The position numbers and the translations under genes were made by a program. A DNA stretch of 54,709 nt. Source: Candidatus Coatesbacteria bacterium. GTDB lineage: Bacteria; RBG-13-66-14; B26-G2; WVWN01. The stretch spans positions 1,336,863 through 1,391,571 of the forward strand of contig CP070633.1 of NCBI GenBank assembly GCA_020356085.1, given 5' to 3'. Below, piece by piece: positions 6,925 through 15,579 of this stretch; the first letter of the stretch is position 1, and the number at the start of each line of letters is the position of its first letter. A model generated the notes under the pieces. That model made no database searches. It had not been told where the DNA came from and saw only the letters and a program-made list of their open reading frames with translations.

Positions 6925-9216
6925 ATGAAGAAACGGAAATTAATACTGGGCGTAGCCATTTTAACCTTGGTCGCGCTGGCGGTTTTGTACTACGCCGCCG
7001 TCGCCCCGGCCGTCGTCGGGACCGAACGCGTCGCGGAGGCTTTTCGCGCCTCGCTGCGTGAGGGGCCGGGGCTCGAAGCCCGCCACGGAAAAGCGACCTT
7101 CCGGCTCTTACCGCGCCCCGCCGTCGCCCTCGCCGAAGTCGTAGTCGTTAACGGCGTTGGGAAGGAACTCCTCCGCGCGGACGAAGTCCATTTGGGTTTA
7201 TCCTACTTCGGTTTCCTGGCGTTGAGGCCGAGCCTGGCCGCGGTCGAGTTCCGGCGGCCCCGCCTCGACCTGGCGCCCGGCGATATGAGTTTCGGCGAGG
7301 CGGGGAAGGGTAAGCCGTTCCGCGGGACGCTCGGCGTGCGGGAGGGTTTCGTACGCTACGCCGCCGCCCGCCGTACCGTCTTGTTGGACGGCGTGAACGG
7401 GAACGTTCGGTGCCGCGTCGCGTGGGGGGAGGAGCTGGACCTCCGCGGCAAGCTCCAGGCGGAGAAGCTGAACCTGGGCGCGGGGGCGGAGGAGGCCGTG
7501 GGCGGGATGGCTCTCGCGGCGGAGGGGAAGATATCGTACCGCCGGGAGGGGATGGGCGGGCGGTTGACGTTCGAGGAGCTGGATTTCTTGTTCGGCAAGG
7601 CGCGGTTGAGCGTTACGGGGGAACTCCAAACCGGCCCGGGGGAGAAAGATATCGACCTGACGCTGCGGGGCAAAAAAATGGCGGTAAGCCAGGTCCTGCC
7701 GGCGCTGGCGCCGCGTTTCGGCGAGGTGGAGCTGGAGGGCGAGATCGATCTGGCGTTGACGGTAAAAGGCTCCTGGGGGGAGGGGGAGCGGCCGTCCGTC
7801 CGCGGCGAGTTGGAGGTTCGGAAAGGCCGCCTTAAGCCCGACGACGGCGAACCCATAAAGAACGTCGCGGCGACCGTCAGCTTTCAGGGCGAGAAGTACG
7901 TTATAGAGAACTTCCGCGGCGAAACGAAGCGCGGGAGCTTCAAAGGGTACGGGACGGTGCGGCCGGAGGAGGGGTGGCCGTTTGCGCTGAAAATAGAGGG
8001 CGCGCTCCCGCTGGAGGTCGCCGCGGTCCTGCTCGGCCTCCCGGAGCCCTACGAGCTGGCCGGACCCGTGCAGCTCAACGTCGACGTCGACGGCGAGCTG
8101 TCGTCGGCGGGCCGGACCTCCGTCGACGGCACGGTCGAGCTGGTAGATTGCCAGGTGCGGCTCAAGCCGTTCGCCGTGCCGTTCCGCAACCTGAAGGGGA
8201 CGGCGTATTGCGACGGTTATAGAGTGAAGGCCGGGAAAATTAAGGGCACCTTGGTCGACCGGGAGTTCGAGGTGGGCGGGAGTTGGCAGGGCTTCGAAAC
8301 GCCGCGCCTCGACTTCGTCGTCGTCGCCGACGATTTGGATTTGGACGCGGCGTTGCCCAACGAGGAGGTCCGCCGCCGCGAGCAGGAACGGGGGACCGCG
8401 CCGCGCGGTCTCCCCGGAAGGGATTTGACCGTTACCGGGAAGGCCCGCTTTAAAAAATTCCGACTGTTATCCGTCGCCGGAAAAAAGTTGGAGGCCGAGT
8501 TCCAATACGGCGCCGGCATCCTCAACCTTACGAGGCTGGACTTCGACGCTTACGAGGGGAAGGTGCGGGCGCAGATGACGATCCACCCGGGCGCGCGGCC
8601 GAAGTATACGTGTTCGGCGACGATCCGCGACGCCCGGCTGGGCGTGTTCCTCACCGAGAATAAATATCTGGAGAACGTCCTCACCGGCCGGTTCTCCGCC
8701 GACGTTACTTTCTCCGCGGAGGGGACCGCCGCGGAGGAGGTTAAGCGGTCGCTGGGAGGCCGCGGGTCGCTGGAGTGGAAGGGCGGCCGCGCCGCCGAGC
8801 TGCCGTTGCTTACGGAGTTGAAGAAATGGTCGCGGATCGATCTGTACGAGCCGCTGCAGATCTCTAAGTTATGGGTGATGTGCGACGCCCGCGACGGTAC
8901 TATTCGGTCGGCCGACTTCCGCCTGGAGAACGCCGATCTGACTATCGAAGCCGCCGGCGAGGTCGACCTCGAGACGAAGCTTAACGTTACGGTCCATACG
9001 ACCTTCAGCAAGAAGGCGGCGGAACGGCTGGCGCGGGAGGGCCGCGCGCTCGCGCTCGTCCGCGACGAAGACGGCCGCGCCCATTTCAATTTCCTCGTAA
9101 CCGGCGAGGCGGCTAAACCGGCCTTTCAGCTCGACGCCGGATCGATGTTGGGAGCGGCGGGGGAGGCGCCGGGAGGCGAACCGGCGGAAACCGGCGACTT
9201 GGGCGACTTGTTCTAA
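6925..9216 (+). CDS. AsmA-family outer-membrane assembly / lipid-transfer-like protein
   Basis: N-terminal membrane anchor (KLILGVAILTLVALAVLYYAA) followed by a long repetitive beta-rich periplasmic region typical of AsmA/DUF748-like proteins. Confidence 0.6.
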   Translation: MKKRKLILGVAILTLVALAVLYYAAVAPAVVGTERVAEAFRASLREGPGLEARHGKATFRLLPRPAVALAEVVVVNGVGKELLRADEVHLGLSYFGFLALRPSLAAVEFRRPRLDLAPGDMSFGEAGKGKPFRGTLGVREGFVRYAAARRTVLLDGVNGNVRCRVAWGEELDLRGKLQAEKLNLGAGAEEAVGGMALAAEGKISYRREGMGGRLTFEELDFLFGKARLSVTGELQTGPGEKDIDLTLRGKKMAVSQVLPALAPRFGEVELEGEIDLALTVKGSWGEGERPSVRGELEVRKGRLKPDDGEPIKNVAATVSFQGEKYVIENFRGETKRGSFKGYGTVRPEEGWPFALKIEGALPLEVAAVLLGLPEPYELAGPVQLNVDVDGELSSAGRTSVDGTVELVDCQVRLKPFAVPFRNLKGTAYCDGYRVKAGKIKGTLVDREFEVGGSWQGFETPRLDFVVVADDLDLDAALPNEEVRRREQERGTAPRGLPGRDLTVTGKARFKKFRLLSVAGKKLEAEFQYGAGILNLTRLDFDAYEGKVRAQMTIHPGARPKYTCSATIRDARLGVFLTENKYLENVLTGRFSADVTFSAEGTAAEEVKRSLGGRGSLEWKGGRAAELPLLTELKKWSRIDLYEPLQISKLWVMCDARDGTIRSADFRLENADLTIEAAGEVDLETKLNVTVHTTFSKKAAERLAREGRALALVRDEDGRAHFNFLVTGEAAKPAFQLDAGSMLGAAGEAPGGEPAETGDLGDLF

Positions 9217-9240
9217 CCGGCGGCGGGGGAGGTTTTTTCG

Positions 9241-9594
9241 ATGAAGCTGTTAATCTTAGTTTATCACGATCCGTACGACGGCGGCGACGTCGTGTGGAAC
9301 GCGATGCGCGTCGCGGCGTTCCACCAGGAACTCGGCGACGAGGTATTCGTTTTTCTGATGTCGGACGCCGTTACGCTCCCGCACGCCGACACGCCGCAGC
9401 CCGATAACGCCGCCTACGACGTCGACATGGAGTTCGAGGTCGCGGGCGCCGCGGGGGCGGCGTTCAAGACGTGCGGAACGTGCCTCAAGAACCGCGCGCT
9501 CCCGCCCGACCGGTTGGCGGAGTACGCGCCGGCGGCGACGCTCAAGGACCTCGCCGACTGGGTTCACCTCGCCGATAGGATATTGACCTTCTAG
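9241..9594 (+). CDS. DsrE/DsrF-like sulfur-relay family protein
   Basis: 117 aa. MKLLILVYHDPYDG... start and the CGTCLKNR motif, characteristic of DsrE-family proteins. Confidence 0.6.
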   Translation: MKLLILVYHDPYDGGDVVWNAMRVAAFHQELGDEVFVFLMSDAVTLPHADTPQPDNAAYDVDMEFEVAGAAGAAFKTCGTCLKNRALPPDRLAEYAPAATLKDLADWVHLADRILTF

Positions 9595-9620
9595 CTACGG
9601 AAAGGCCGAGGACGACGCCG

Positions 9621-10286
9621 ATGATAAAAATGCGAGGCGTAACCAAGATCTACGACAACGGCGTCGTCGCGCTGCACGACGTCTCCGTCGACGTCGCGAA
9701 GGGCGAGCTCGCGTTTCTGACCGGGCCCTCCGGCGCGGGGAAGTCCACGCTGTTGAAGCTCATCACGGCCGAGGAACCGCCGACGGAGGGGCTGGTCGAG
9801 ATAGCCGGGCACGACGTGGGGGCGCTGCGGCGGCGCGAAGTCCCGTACCTCCGGCGGCGGATCGGCGTCGTCTTCCAGGACTTCCGCCTCCTAAACGAGC
9901 GGACGGTGCTGGAGAACGTGATGCTCCCCCTTACGATCCTGGGGCTCGCCCCCGCCGAACAGCGACGGCGGGCGCTCCAGGTGCTCACGGTCGTAGGTTT
10001 GGCCCAGCGGAAAGACGCGCGGCCGATGGAGCTCTCGGGCGGCGAGCAACAACGCGTCGCCATTGCCCGGGCGATAGCGCTCGACCCCGCGATCCTGCTC
10101 GCGGACGAACCGACCGGCAACCTCGACCCCGACATAACCTGGCACATTATGAAGCTCTTCCGCCTGATTAACGCGCGGGGAACGGCCGTCGTCATCGCAA
10201 CCCACAACTACGACGTGGTCAAAAAAATGGACGCGCGCGTGATAAAGATAATTAGGGGCGAGCTCCCGGAGGAGGCGGTCGCGTGA
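9621..10286 (+). CDS. ftsE: Cell-division ABC transporter ATP-binding protein FtsE
   Basis: Walker A GPSGAGKST, signature LSGGEQQRVAIARA, Walker B ILLADEPTGNLD. Its stop overlaps the FtsX start (GTGA). Confidence 0.9.
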   Translation: MIKMRGVTKIYDNGVVALHDVSVDVAKGELAFLTGPSGAGKSTLLKLITAEEPPTEGLVEIAGHDVGALRRREVPYLRRRIGVVFQDFRLLNERTVLENVMLPLTILGLAPAEQRRRALQVLTVVGLAQRKDARPMELSGGEQQRVAIARAIALDPAILLADEPTGNLDPDITWHIMKLFRLINARGTAVVIATHNYDVVKKMDARVIKIIRGELPEEAVA

Positions 10287-11146
10287 AGCACCTCGGCTTT
10301 TTCGCGCGGGAGGCCCTAAAAAACGTTGGCCGGGGCGGCATCCTGACGGCGGCCGCAATCCTGGCGGTTACGTTCGCGGCGCTCATCGGCGGCATTTTCG
10401 CCACCGCCTACGTCAACCTCCGCACGATTTACGAGGAGTTGCGGAGCGAGCTGTACGTCGACGTCTATTTGGCCTACGAGACGGACGAGGCCCAAGCCCA
10501 GGTAATCGGCGACCATCTCGGGCGGCTTGCCGGCGTGAGCCGAGCCGACTATATATCGCGGGAGGCGGCGGCCGAAGAGTTCGTCGGCCTGTTCCCGGAA
10601 GATAAAGAGTTGTTGGAGGCGTTGAGCGAGAATCCGCTCCCGGCGTCGTACCGGCTTTACCTCCGGCCCGAATACGATACGCCGGAGGAGGTGGCGGCGA
10701 TTGTCGAACAGGTCGTCGCCGTGGAGGGCGTGGACGACGCGGTTTACGCCCAGGAGTGGCTCGCCAACCTCGAGCGGGCGGCGAAGGTGGTGGGTGTAGT
10801 CGGCGCCGCGGTGGGGGGCGTATTGGGCGCGGCGGCGATCCTGGTCGTAATGAGCACTATAGGCCTCGCGGTGTACGCCCGCCGCGACACGATCGAGGTC
10901 ATGAAGATCGTGGGGGCGACGGACGGTTTCGTGCGGGCGCCGTTCATCGGCGAGGGTTTGATAATCGGCCTCCTCGGCGGCCTGGTCGCGTTGGCGGCGC
11001 TGTACGGCGGCGTCGAGTTCCTGCGAACGTACCACGTAGAGGTCCATTTCCTCCCGGCGTCGTATTGGGCCGGCGGGTTGGCTTTGGCGGGATTGGCGGG
11101 GGCAATCGGCTCGGCCGCGGCCGTGCGCCGTTTCTTGAAGGTCTAA
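10283..11146 (+). CDS. ftsX: Cell-division permease-like protein FtsX
   Basis: FAREALKNVGRGG start motif, a large extracytoplasmic loop, three C-terminal TM helices, and coupling to ftsE. Confidence 0.85.
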   Translation: MKHLGFFAREALKNVGRGGILTAAAILAVTFAALIGGIFATAYVNLRTIYEELRSELYVDVYLAYETDEAQAQVIGDHLGRLAGVSRADYISREAAAEEFVGLFPEDKELLEALSENPLPASYRLYLRPEYDTPEEVAAIVEQVVAVEGVDDAVYAQEWLANLERAAKVVGVVGAAVGGVLGAAAILVVMSTIGLAVYARRDTIEVMKIVGATDGFVRAPFIGEGLIIGLLGGLVALAALYGGVEFLRTYHVEVHFLPASYWAGGLALAGLAGAIGSAAAVRRFLKV

Positions 11147-11174
11147 CCCGTCCCAACGAAATTCGCTACCGGCG

Positions 11175-11198
11175 CGGCCGCAACGGGCGGCCGTTTTT
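11175..11198 (+). terminator. Intrinsic terminator after ftsX
   Basis: CGGCCGC (11175-11181) / GCGGCCG (11187-11193) stem, 5-nt loop, T5 run. Confidence 0.55.
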
Positions 11199-11231
11199 CG
11201 CCCCGTTTTATCGTTGGACGGTAGAACCACG

Positions 11232-13343
11232 ATGAAAAGGGCTAAATTATGGGCGCTGGCGTTCCTTCCCCTCGCCGGCGGCGCCGCGGCCGAGGAGCCG
11301 TGGGTCATACGCGCGAGCCGCGCAGAAGTCCCTCCGGTTATAGACGGCGTGTGGGAGGAGGCGTGGGGCGGCGTGCAGCCGGCGAGGGGGTTCCGCCAAT
11401 ATCGGCCGGCCTTGAACGCCCCGGCCTTCCGGGATACCGAGGTGTACGTGCTGTACGACGAGGAGGCGTTGTACGTCGGGTGGATCTGCTACGAGGACGC
11501 CGCCGACCGCTTGGCGGCCTCCGCGACCGTCCGCGACATGTACATGAACGACGACGACGCCGTAAACGTCATGTTGGACGCCAACAACGACCGCCAATCC
11601 GCGTACGACTTCATCGTCAACTGGCGCGGCGTGCGATACGACGGCGCTTTCGCGAAAGACGGTTCCATCGGCGGCCCGGCGTGGGATGGATTCTGGGAAG
11701 CGGCTACCTCGGTGGGCGAGGGTGCGTGGTACTGCGAGATGGCGATACCATGGTCGACGCTCCGCTACGACCGGAACTCGGGCCATTTCGGGATTCAATT
11801 CCTCCGCTTCCGCCGCGCGGCGTACGAGGATACGTATTGGGCGGGCGACGGCGAGTTTTTAAACCGCGTCTCGACGTTCGGGCGCGTCGAGGGATTCGAG
11901 GGTTTACCGCGGCCGCGGCCGTTTAAACTGACGCCGTACGTTACGGGGCGGGCGGAGGAGAAGTTCGATACGCCAGCGTACGGGTACGAGGCGACCGAGG
12001 GATGGGAGTTCGAGCCGCGGGCCGGCCTCGATTTCGAATACCGCGCCGGGGCGGCGGTGGCGGCGCTCCTGACGGTTCTTCCCGACTACGCCTATATCGA
12101 GGCGGACCCCGCTCAGATCAGTCTTGAGCCGACGGAAATCTACCTGGAGGAGAAGCGGCCGTTTTTCACGGAGGGGTATGAGCTGTTCGATACTTATAGC
12201 GACACCGTTTACACGCGGCGGTTAACGGAAATCGCGGCGGGCGCGAAAGTCGCCGGGCGAGTAGGGCCGGTAAATTATAGCGCGTTGGACGTCGTGTTAA
12301 AGGACGACGATCCGTTGTACCCCCAGGATAATTTCGCCTTTGCGCGCGCGACGTACGATTTTCCCGTGGGCTCCACGTTCGGCGTTATGGGGATCGGCCG
12401 TCAGGAGCGGGGAGGCGAGGTCCCGCTGGAAGAGGGGCCGGGCGACGACCGCGCGCGGTACAACAACGTCGGCTTGGTCGACGGCCGGTTGGTTTTCCCG
12501 GCGGGTATGGCTTTGGGCTTCGAGGGGATAAAGTCGCAAACCGCGGGCGAAGGCGGGGATGGCTACCGGTATACGCTCGGCTTAGGCCGGTACGGCCTGA
12601 CGGAGAACGTCGAAGGGTATTATTTCGAAATCAGCGACGATTTCCGGGCCGATACGGCTTTCCTCCAACCGGAGGACTTCGGCCGGCGGGGGGCGGGGCT
12701 TAGCGCGCTCAAGGAATTTCAAATCAACCGCGGCGGCGTACGGATGATTCGGCCCAGCGTCGGGTACGAACACAATTGGAACGCGGACAGCGAGACGACG
12801 CTTAATTTCGTGTCGCCGGTCCTCCAAGTGACGGCCGAAAACGATCTGTTCGTCACGTTGAACTACCGCGGCGGCCGCGACTTACGGTACGTCCCGTACG
12901 GGTATCCCGATTTCCACAACGACGTCTACGATATAGCTTTCGGCCACCGGCCTGCTTCCTGGGGCCGCTTCCGCTTGGGCTACTGGCGCGGAATGTGGTA
13001 CGCCGACTTCTACCATTATTATACGGCCGAGGGCGACTATATACCGGTCCCGGCCGTGGTTCTGAACGGCAACGCGGAGGTGGGAAACCCGCGCGGCGCC
13101 GACCGCTTCGTAGTCGGCAACGTCAAGGTAACCCATTCGGTGACGGACGACCTGTACTGGCGAATTATCGTCCAGGGCAACTCCGCGGGTCGGACGAGTT
13201 CGGCCAGCCTCCTGTGGGGGTGGGATTTCCTGCCGGGCAGCACGGCGTACCTGGCTTACGAGCAGCGCCGCGATTCGAACGGTCACTTCCTGGTCGCGGA
13301 ACAATTGGCTTTCCTTAAGGTATCTTATATGATAACGTTCTAA
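11232..13343 (+). CDS. DUF5916-type large secreted/outer-membrane protein with CBM9-like N-terminal domain (paralog 1)
   Basis: ATG 11232 (MKRAKLWALAFLPLAGGAAA signal peptide). IDGVWEEAW...EVYVLYDEEALYVGW CBM9-like region. Long beta-rich C-terminal part ending LAFLKVSYMITF. Confidence 0.7.
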   Translation: MKRAKLWALAFLPLAGGAAAEEPWVIRASRAEVPPVIDGVWEEAWGGVQPARGFRQYRPALNAPAFRDTEVYVLYDEEALYVGWICYEDAADRLAASATVRDMYMNDDDAVNVMLDANNDRQSAYDFIVNWRGVRYDGAFAKDGSIGGPAWDGFWEAATSVGEGAWYCEMAIPWSTLRYDRNSGHFGIQFLRFRRAAYEDTYWAGDGEFLNRVSTFGRVEGFEGLPRPRPFKLTPYVTGRAEEKFDTPAYGYEATEGWEFEPRAGLDFEYRAGAAVAALLTVLPDYAYIEADPAQISLEPTEIYLEEKRPFFTEGYELFDTYSDTVYTRRLTEIAAGAKVAGRVGPVNYSALDVVLKDDDPLYPQDNFAFARATYDFPVGSTFGVMGIGRQERGGEVPLEEGPGDDRARYNNVGLVDGRLVFPAGMALGFEGIKSQTAGEGGDGYRYTLGLGRYGLTENVEGYYFEISDDFRADTAFLQPEDFGRRGAGLSALKEFQINRGGVRMIRPSVGYEHNWNADSETTLNFVSPVLQVTAENDLFVTLNYRGGRDLRYVPYGYPDFHNDVYDIAFGHRPASWGRFRLGYWRGMWYADFYHYYTAEGDYIPVPAVVLNGNAEVGNPRGADRFVVGNVKVTHSVTDDLYWRIIVQGNSAGRTSSASLLWGWDFLPGSTAYLAYEQRRDSNGHFLVAEQLAFLKVSYMITF

Positions 13344-13369
13344 CCGGGCTTATCGTTCGGAACCCGACG

Positions 13370-13396
13370 AAAAAGCCCGCGTGAGCGGGTTTTTTC
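13370..13396 (+). terminator. Intrinsic terminator between the two DUF5916 paralogs
   Basis: A-run, GCCCGC (13375-13380) / GCGGGT (13385-13390) stem, GTGA loop, T6 run. Confidence 0.55.
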
Positions 13397-13427
13397 GTTT
13401 AAATATATACGCGAACCGGAGGTTCTT

Positions 13428-15542
13428 ATGAGACGTGTAATTAAGTACGGTGGGGTATGGTTGGCACTGGCGGCCGGCACGTTGGCCGCCGGGGAGGAAG
13501 TATGGTCGCTCGCGGCCGTCCGCGTGGAGCAACCGCCGATCATCGACGGCGTGATGGAGGAGGTGTGGTTCCGCGCGGAACCGGCGCGGCTCGAGCGCCA
13601 ATACCGGCCCGCCCAGGGTGAGCCCGCGCTCGCGGCGACGGAGGTGTACGTTCTCTACGACGACGAGGCGTTGTATTTCGGCTGGGTATGTCACGAGGAC
13701 GATCCCGCGGGTTTGGTAGCCTGCGCTACGGTCCGCGATATGTTCTTAAACGACGACGACGCGATCGACGTCATGCTCGACGCCAACAACGATCTTCAAT
13801 CGGCGTACGATTTCATGGTTAACTGGCGGGGCGTTAAGTACGACGGCACGTTTGCGCAGGATAGTACGGTGGGGGGGCCGGCGTGGGACGGCTACTGGGA
13901 GGCCGCGACGTCGGTGGCGGCGGAGGCGTGGTACTGCGAAATGGCGATCCCGTGGGCGACGCTCCGCTACGACCGCGACGCCTCCTCGCTGGGCGTCCAG
14001 TTCCTCCGGATGCGGAAACCGACGTATGAGGAGACGTTTTGGGCCAGCGACGGGCAACTTCTCAATCGCGTTTCTACGTTCGGGCGCATCGAGGGACTGG
14101 AGAACCTGCCGCGGCCGCGGCCGTTTAAACTGACGCCGTACGTTACGGGCCGGGCGGAGGAGGCGTTCGACACTCCCGCCTACGGCTTCGAGCCGACGGA
14201 GGGGTGGGAATTCAAACCCCGCTACGGCCTGGATTTCGAATATCGCGCCGGCGCCGCGGTGAGCGTTTTGGCGACGGTTCTCCCCGACTACGCTTATATC
14301 GAGGCCGATCCCGCCGAGATTACGATCGAACCGACGGAAATCTGGCTGGAGGAAAAGCGGCCCTTTTTCACGGAGGGGTTCGAGTTTTTCGACAACCACT
14401 TCCTCTACACCCGCCGGTTTACGGAGATCGCCGGCGGCACTAAAGTGACTGGCCGGGCTAGCCGGTTCAATTACGGCGCGTTGGACGTAGTGCTCCTCGG
14501 CGACGACCCGCGGTTCCCGGAGGACAACTTCGCTTTAGTCCGGACGTCGTACGATACTCCGGACGGACACACGTTCGGCGTCACGGGGATGGGCCGGCGA
14601 CAGTTGGGAGGCACGGTCCCGCCGGAGGGTACGTATTACGGGGGCGACCAGGCGCGGTACAACAACGTCGCCGCGGTCGACGGACGGATCATACTGCCGT
14701 GGCGGTTAGCGCTTAAGTTGGAGGGTTACAAGTCCCAAACCGGGGGAGAGGGAGGGGACGGCTACGATTATTTCGCGCACTTCGGACGGCCCGGCGTCAC
14801 GGATAACTGGGGAACGTGGTACTACGAGCTGAGCGAGGACTTCCGCGCCGACATGAGTTTTCTCCAACCCGAAAGTTTGAACTCCCGGGGCGTGGGGTTC
14901 TACGGGCTCCGGGAGGTACAAGTTAACCGCGCCGGCGTGCGCTTCTTGCGGGGCGACCTTTTCTACGAGCATGAATGGAACTTGGACAACGAGACGAAAT
15001 ACAACGTCTTCGTCCCGAACGCCATGGTCGTACTCGAAAACGATTTCTTCGGAGGGGTCACCTATCGCGGCGGCCGGAACGCGAGTTACGTCCCGTACGG
15101 GTACCCCGACTATCATAACGACGTCGTCGAATTCGCCGTCGGCCATCGGCCGGCCTCGTGGGGGCAAGCGCGGCTAGCCTATTGGCAGGGGATGTGGTTC
15201 GGCGACTACTATCACTACTACGCGGGGGAATTCACGGCCATCCCGACGCCGCCGTTGGTGCTGGAGGCGGACGTCGAGTTCGGCAACCCGCGGGGCGGCG
15301 ACCGGTTCGTCGTCGGCAACTTGAAGAGCACCCACAGCCTGAGCGAATACCTCTTCTGGCGCCTTATTCTCCAAGGCAACTCCGCCGACCGGACGAGCTC
15401 GGCGAGCGTGCTCTGGGGATGGGATTTCCGCCCGGGTAGTACGGCCTACCTCGCTTACGAGCAGCGCCGCGATTCGACGGGCCACTTCTTGCTCGCCGAG
15501 CAGGTGGCGTTCCTGAAGGTTTCCTATATGATCGCGTTTTAG
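13428..15542 (+). CDS. DUF5916-type large secreted/outer-membrane protein with CBM9-like N-terminal domain (paralog 2)
   Basis: GGAGG SD before ATG 13428. Collinear with paralog 1 along its full length (about two-thirds identical by eye). Ends VAFLKVSYMIAF. Confidence 0.7.
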   Translation: MRRVIKYGGVWLALAAGTLAAGEEVWSLAAVRVEQPPIIDGVMEEVWFRAEPARLERQYRPAQGEPALAATEVYVLYDDEALYFGWVCHEDDPAGLVACATVRDMFLNDDDAIDVMLDANNDLQSAYDFMVNWRGVKYDGTFAQDSTVGGPAWDGYWEAATSVAAEAWYCEMAIPWATLRYDRDASSLGVQFLRMRKPTYEETFWASDGQLLNRVSTFGRIEGLENLPRPRPFKLTPYVTGRAEEAFDTPAYGFEPTEGWEFKPRYGLDFEYRAGAAVSVLATVLPDYAYIEADPAEITIEPTEIWLEEKRPFFTEGFEFFDNHFLYTRRFTEIAGGTKVTGRASRFNYGALDVVLLGDDPRFPEDNFALVRTSYDTPDGHTFGVTGMGRRQLGGTVPPEGTYYGGDQARYNNVAAVDGRIILPWRLALKLEGYKSQTGGEGGDGYDYFAHFGRPGVTDNWGTWYYELSEDFRADMSFLQPESLNSRGVGFYGLREVQVNRAGVRFLRGDLFYEHEWNLDNETKYNVFVPNAMVVLENDFFGGVTYRGGRNASYVPYGYPDYHNDVVEFAVGHRPASWGQARLAYWQGMWFGDYYHYYAGEFTAIPTPPLVLEADVEFGNPRGGDRFVVGNLKSTHSLSEYLFWRLILQGNSADRTSSASVLWGWDFRPGSTAYLAYEQRRDSTGHFLLAEQVAFLKVSYMIAF

Positions 15543-15579
15543 GGGAAGCGGGGAGGGACGAGAGCCCGGCAACGCCGAA

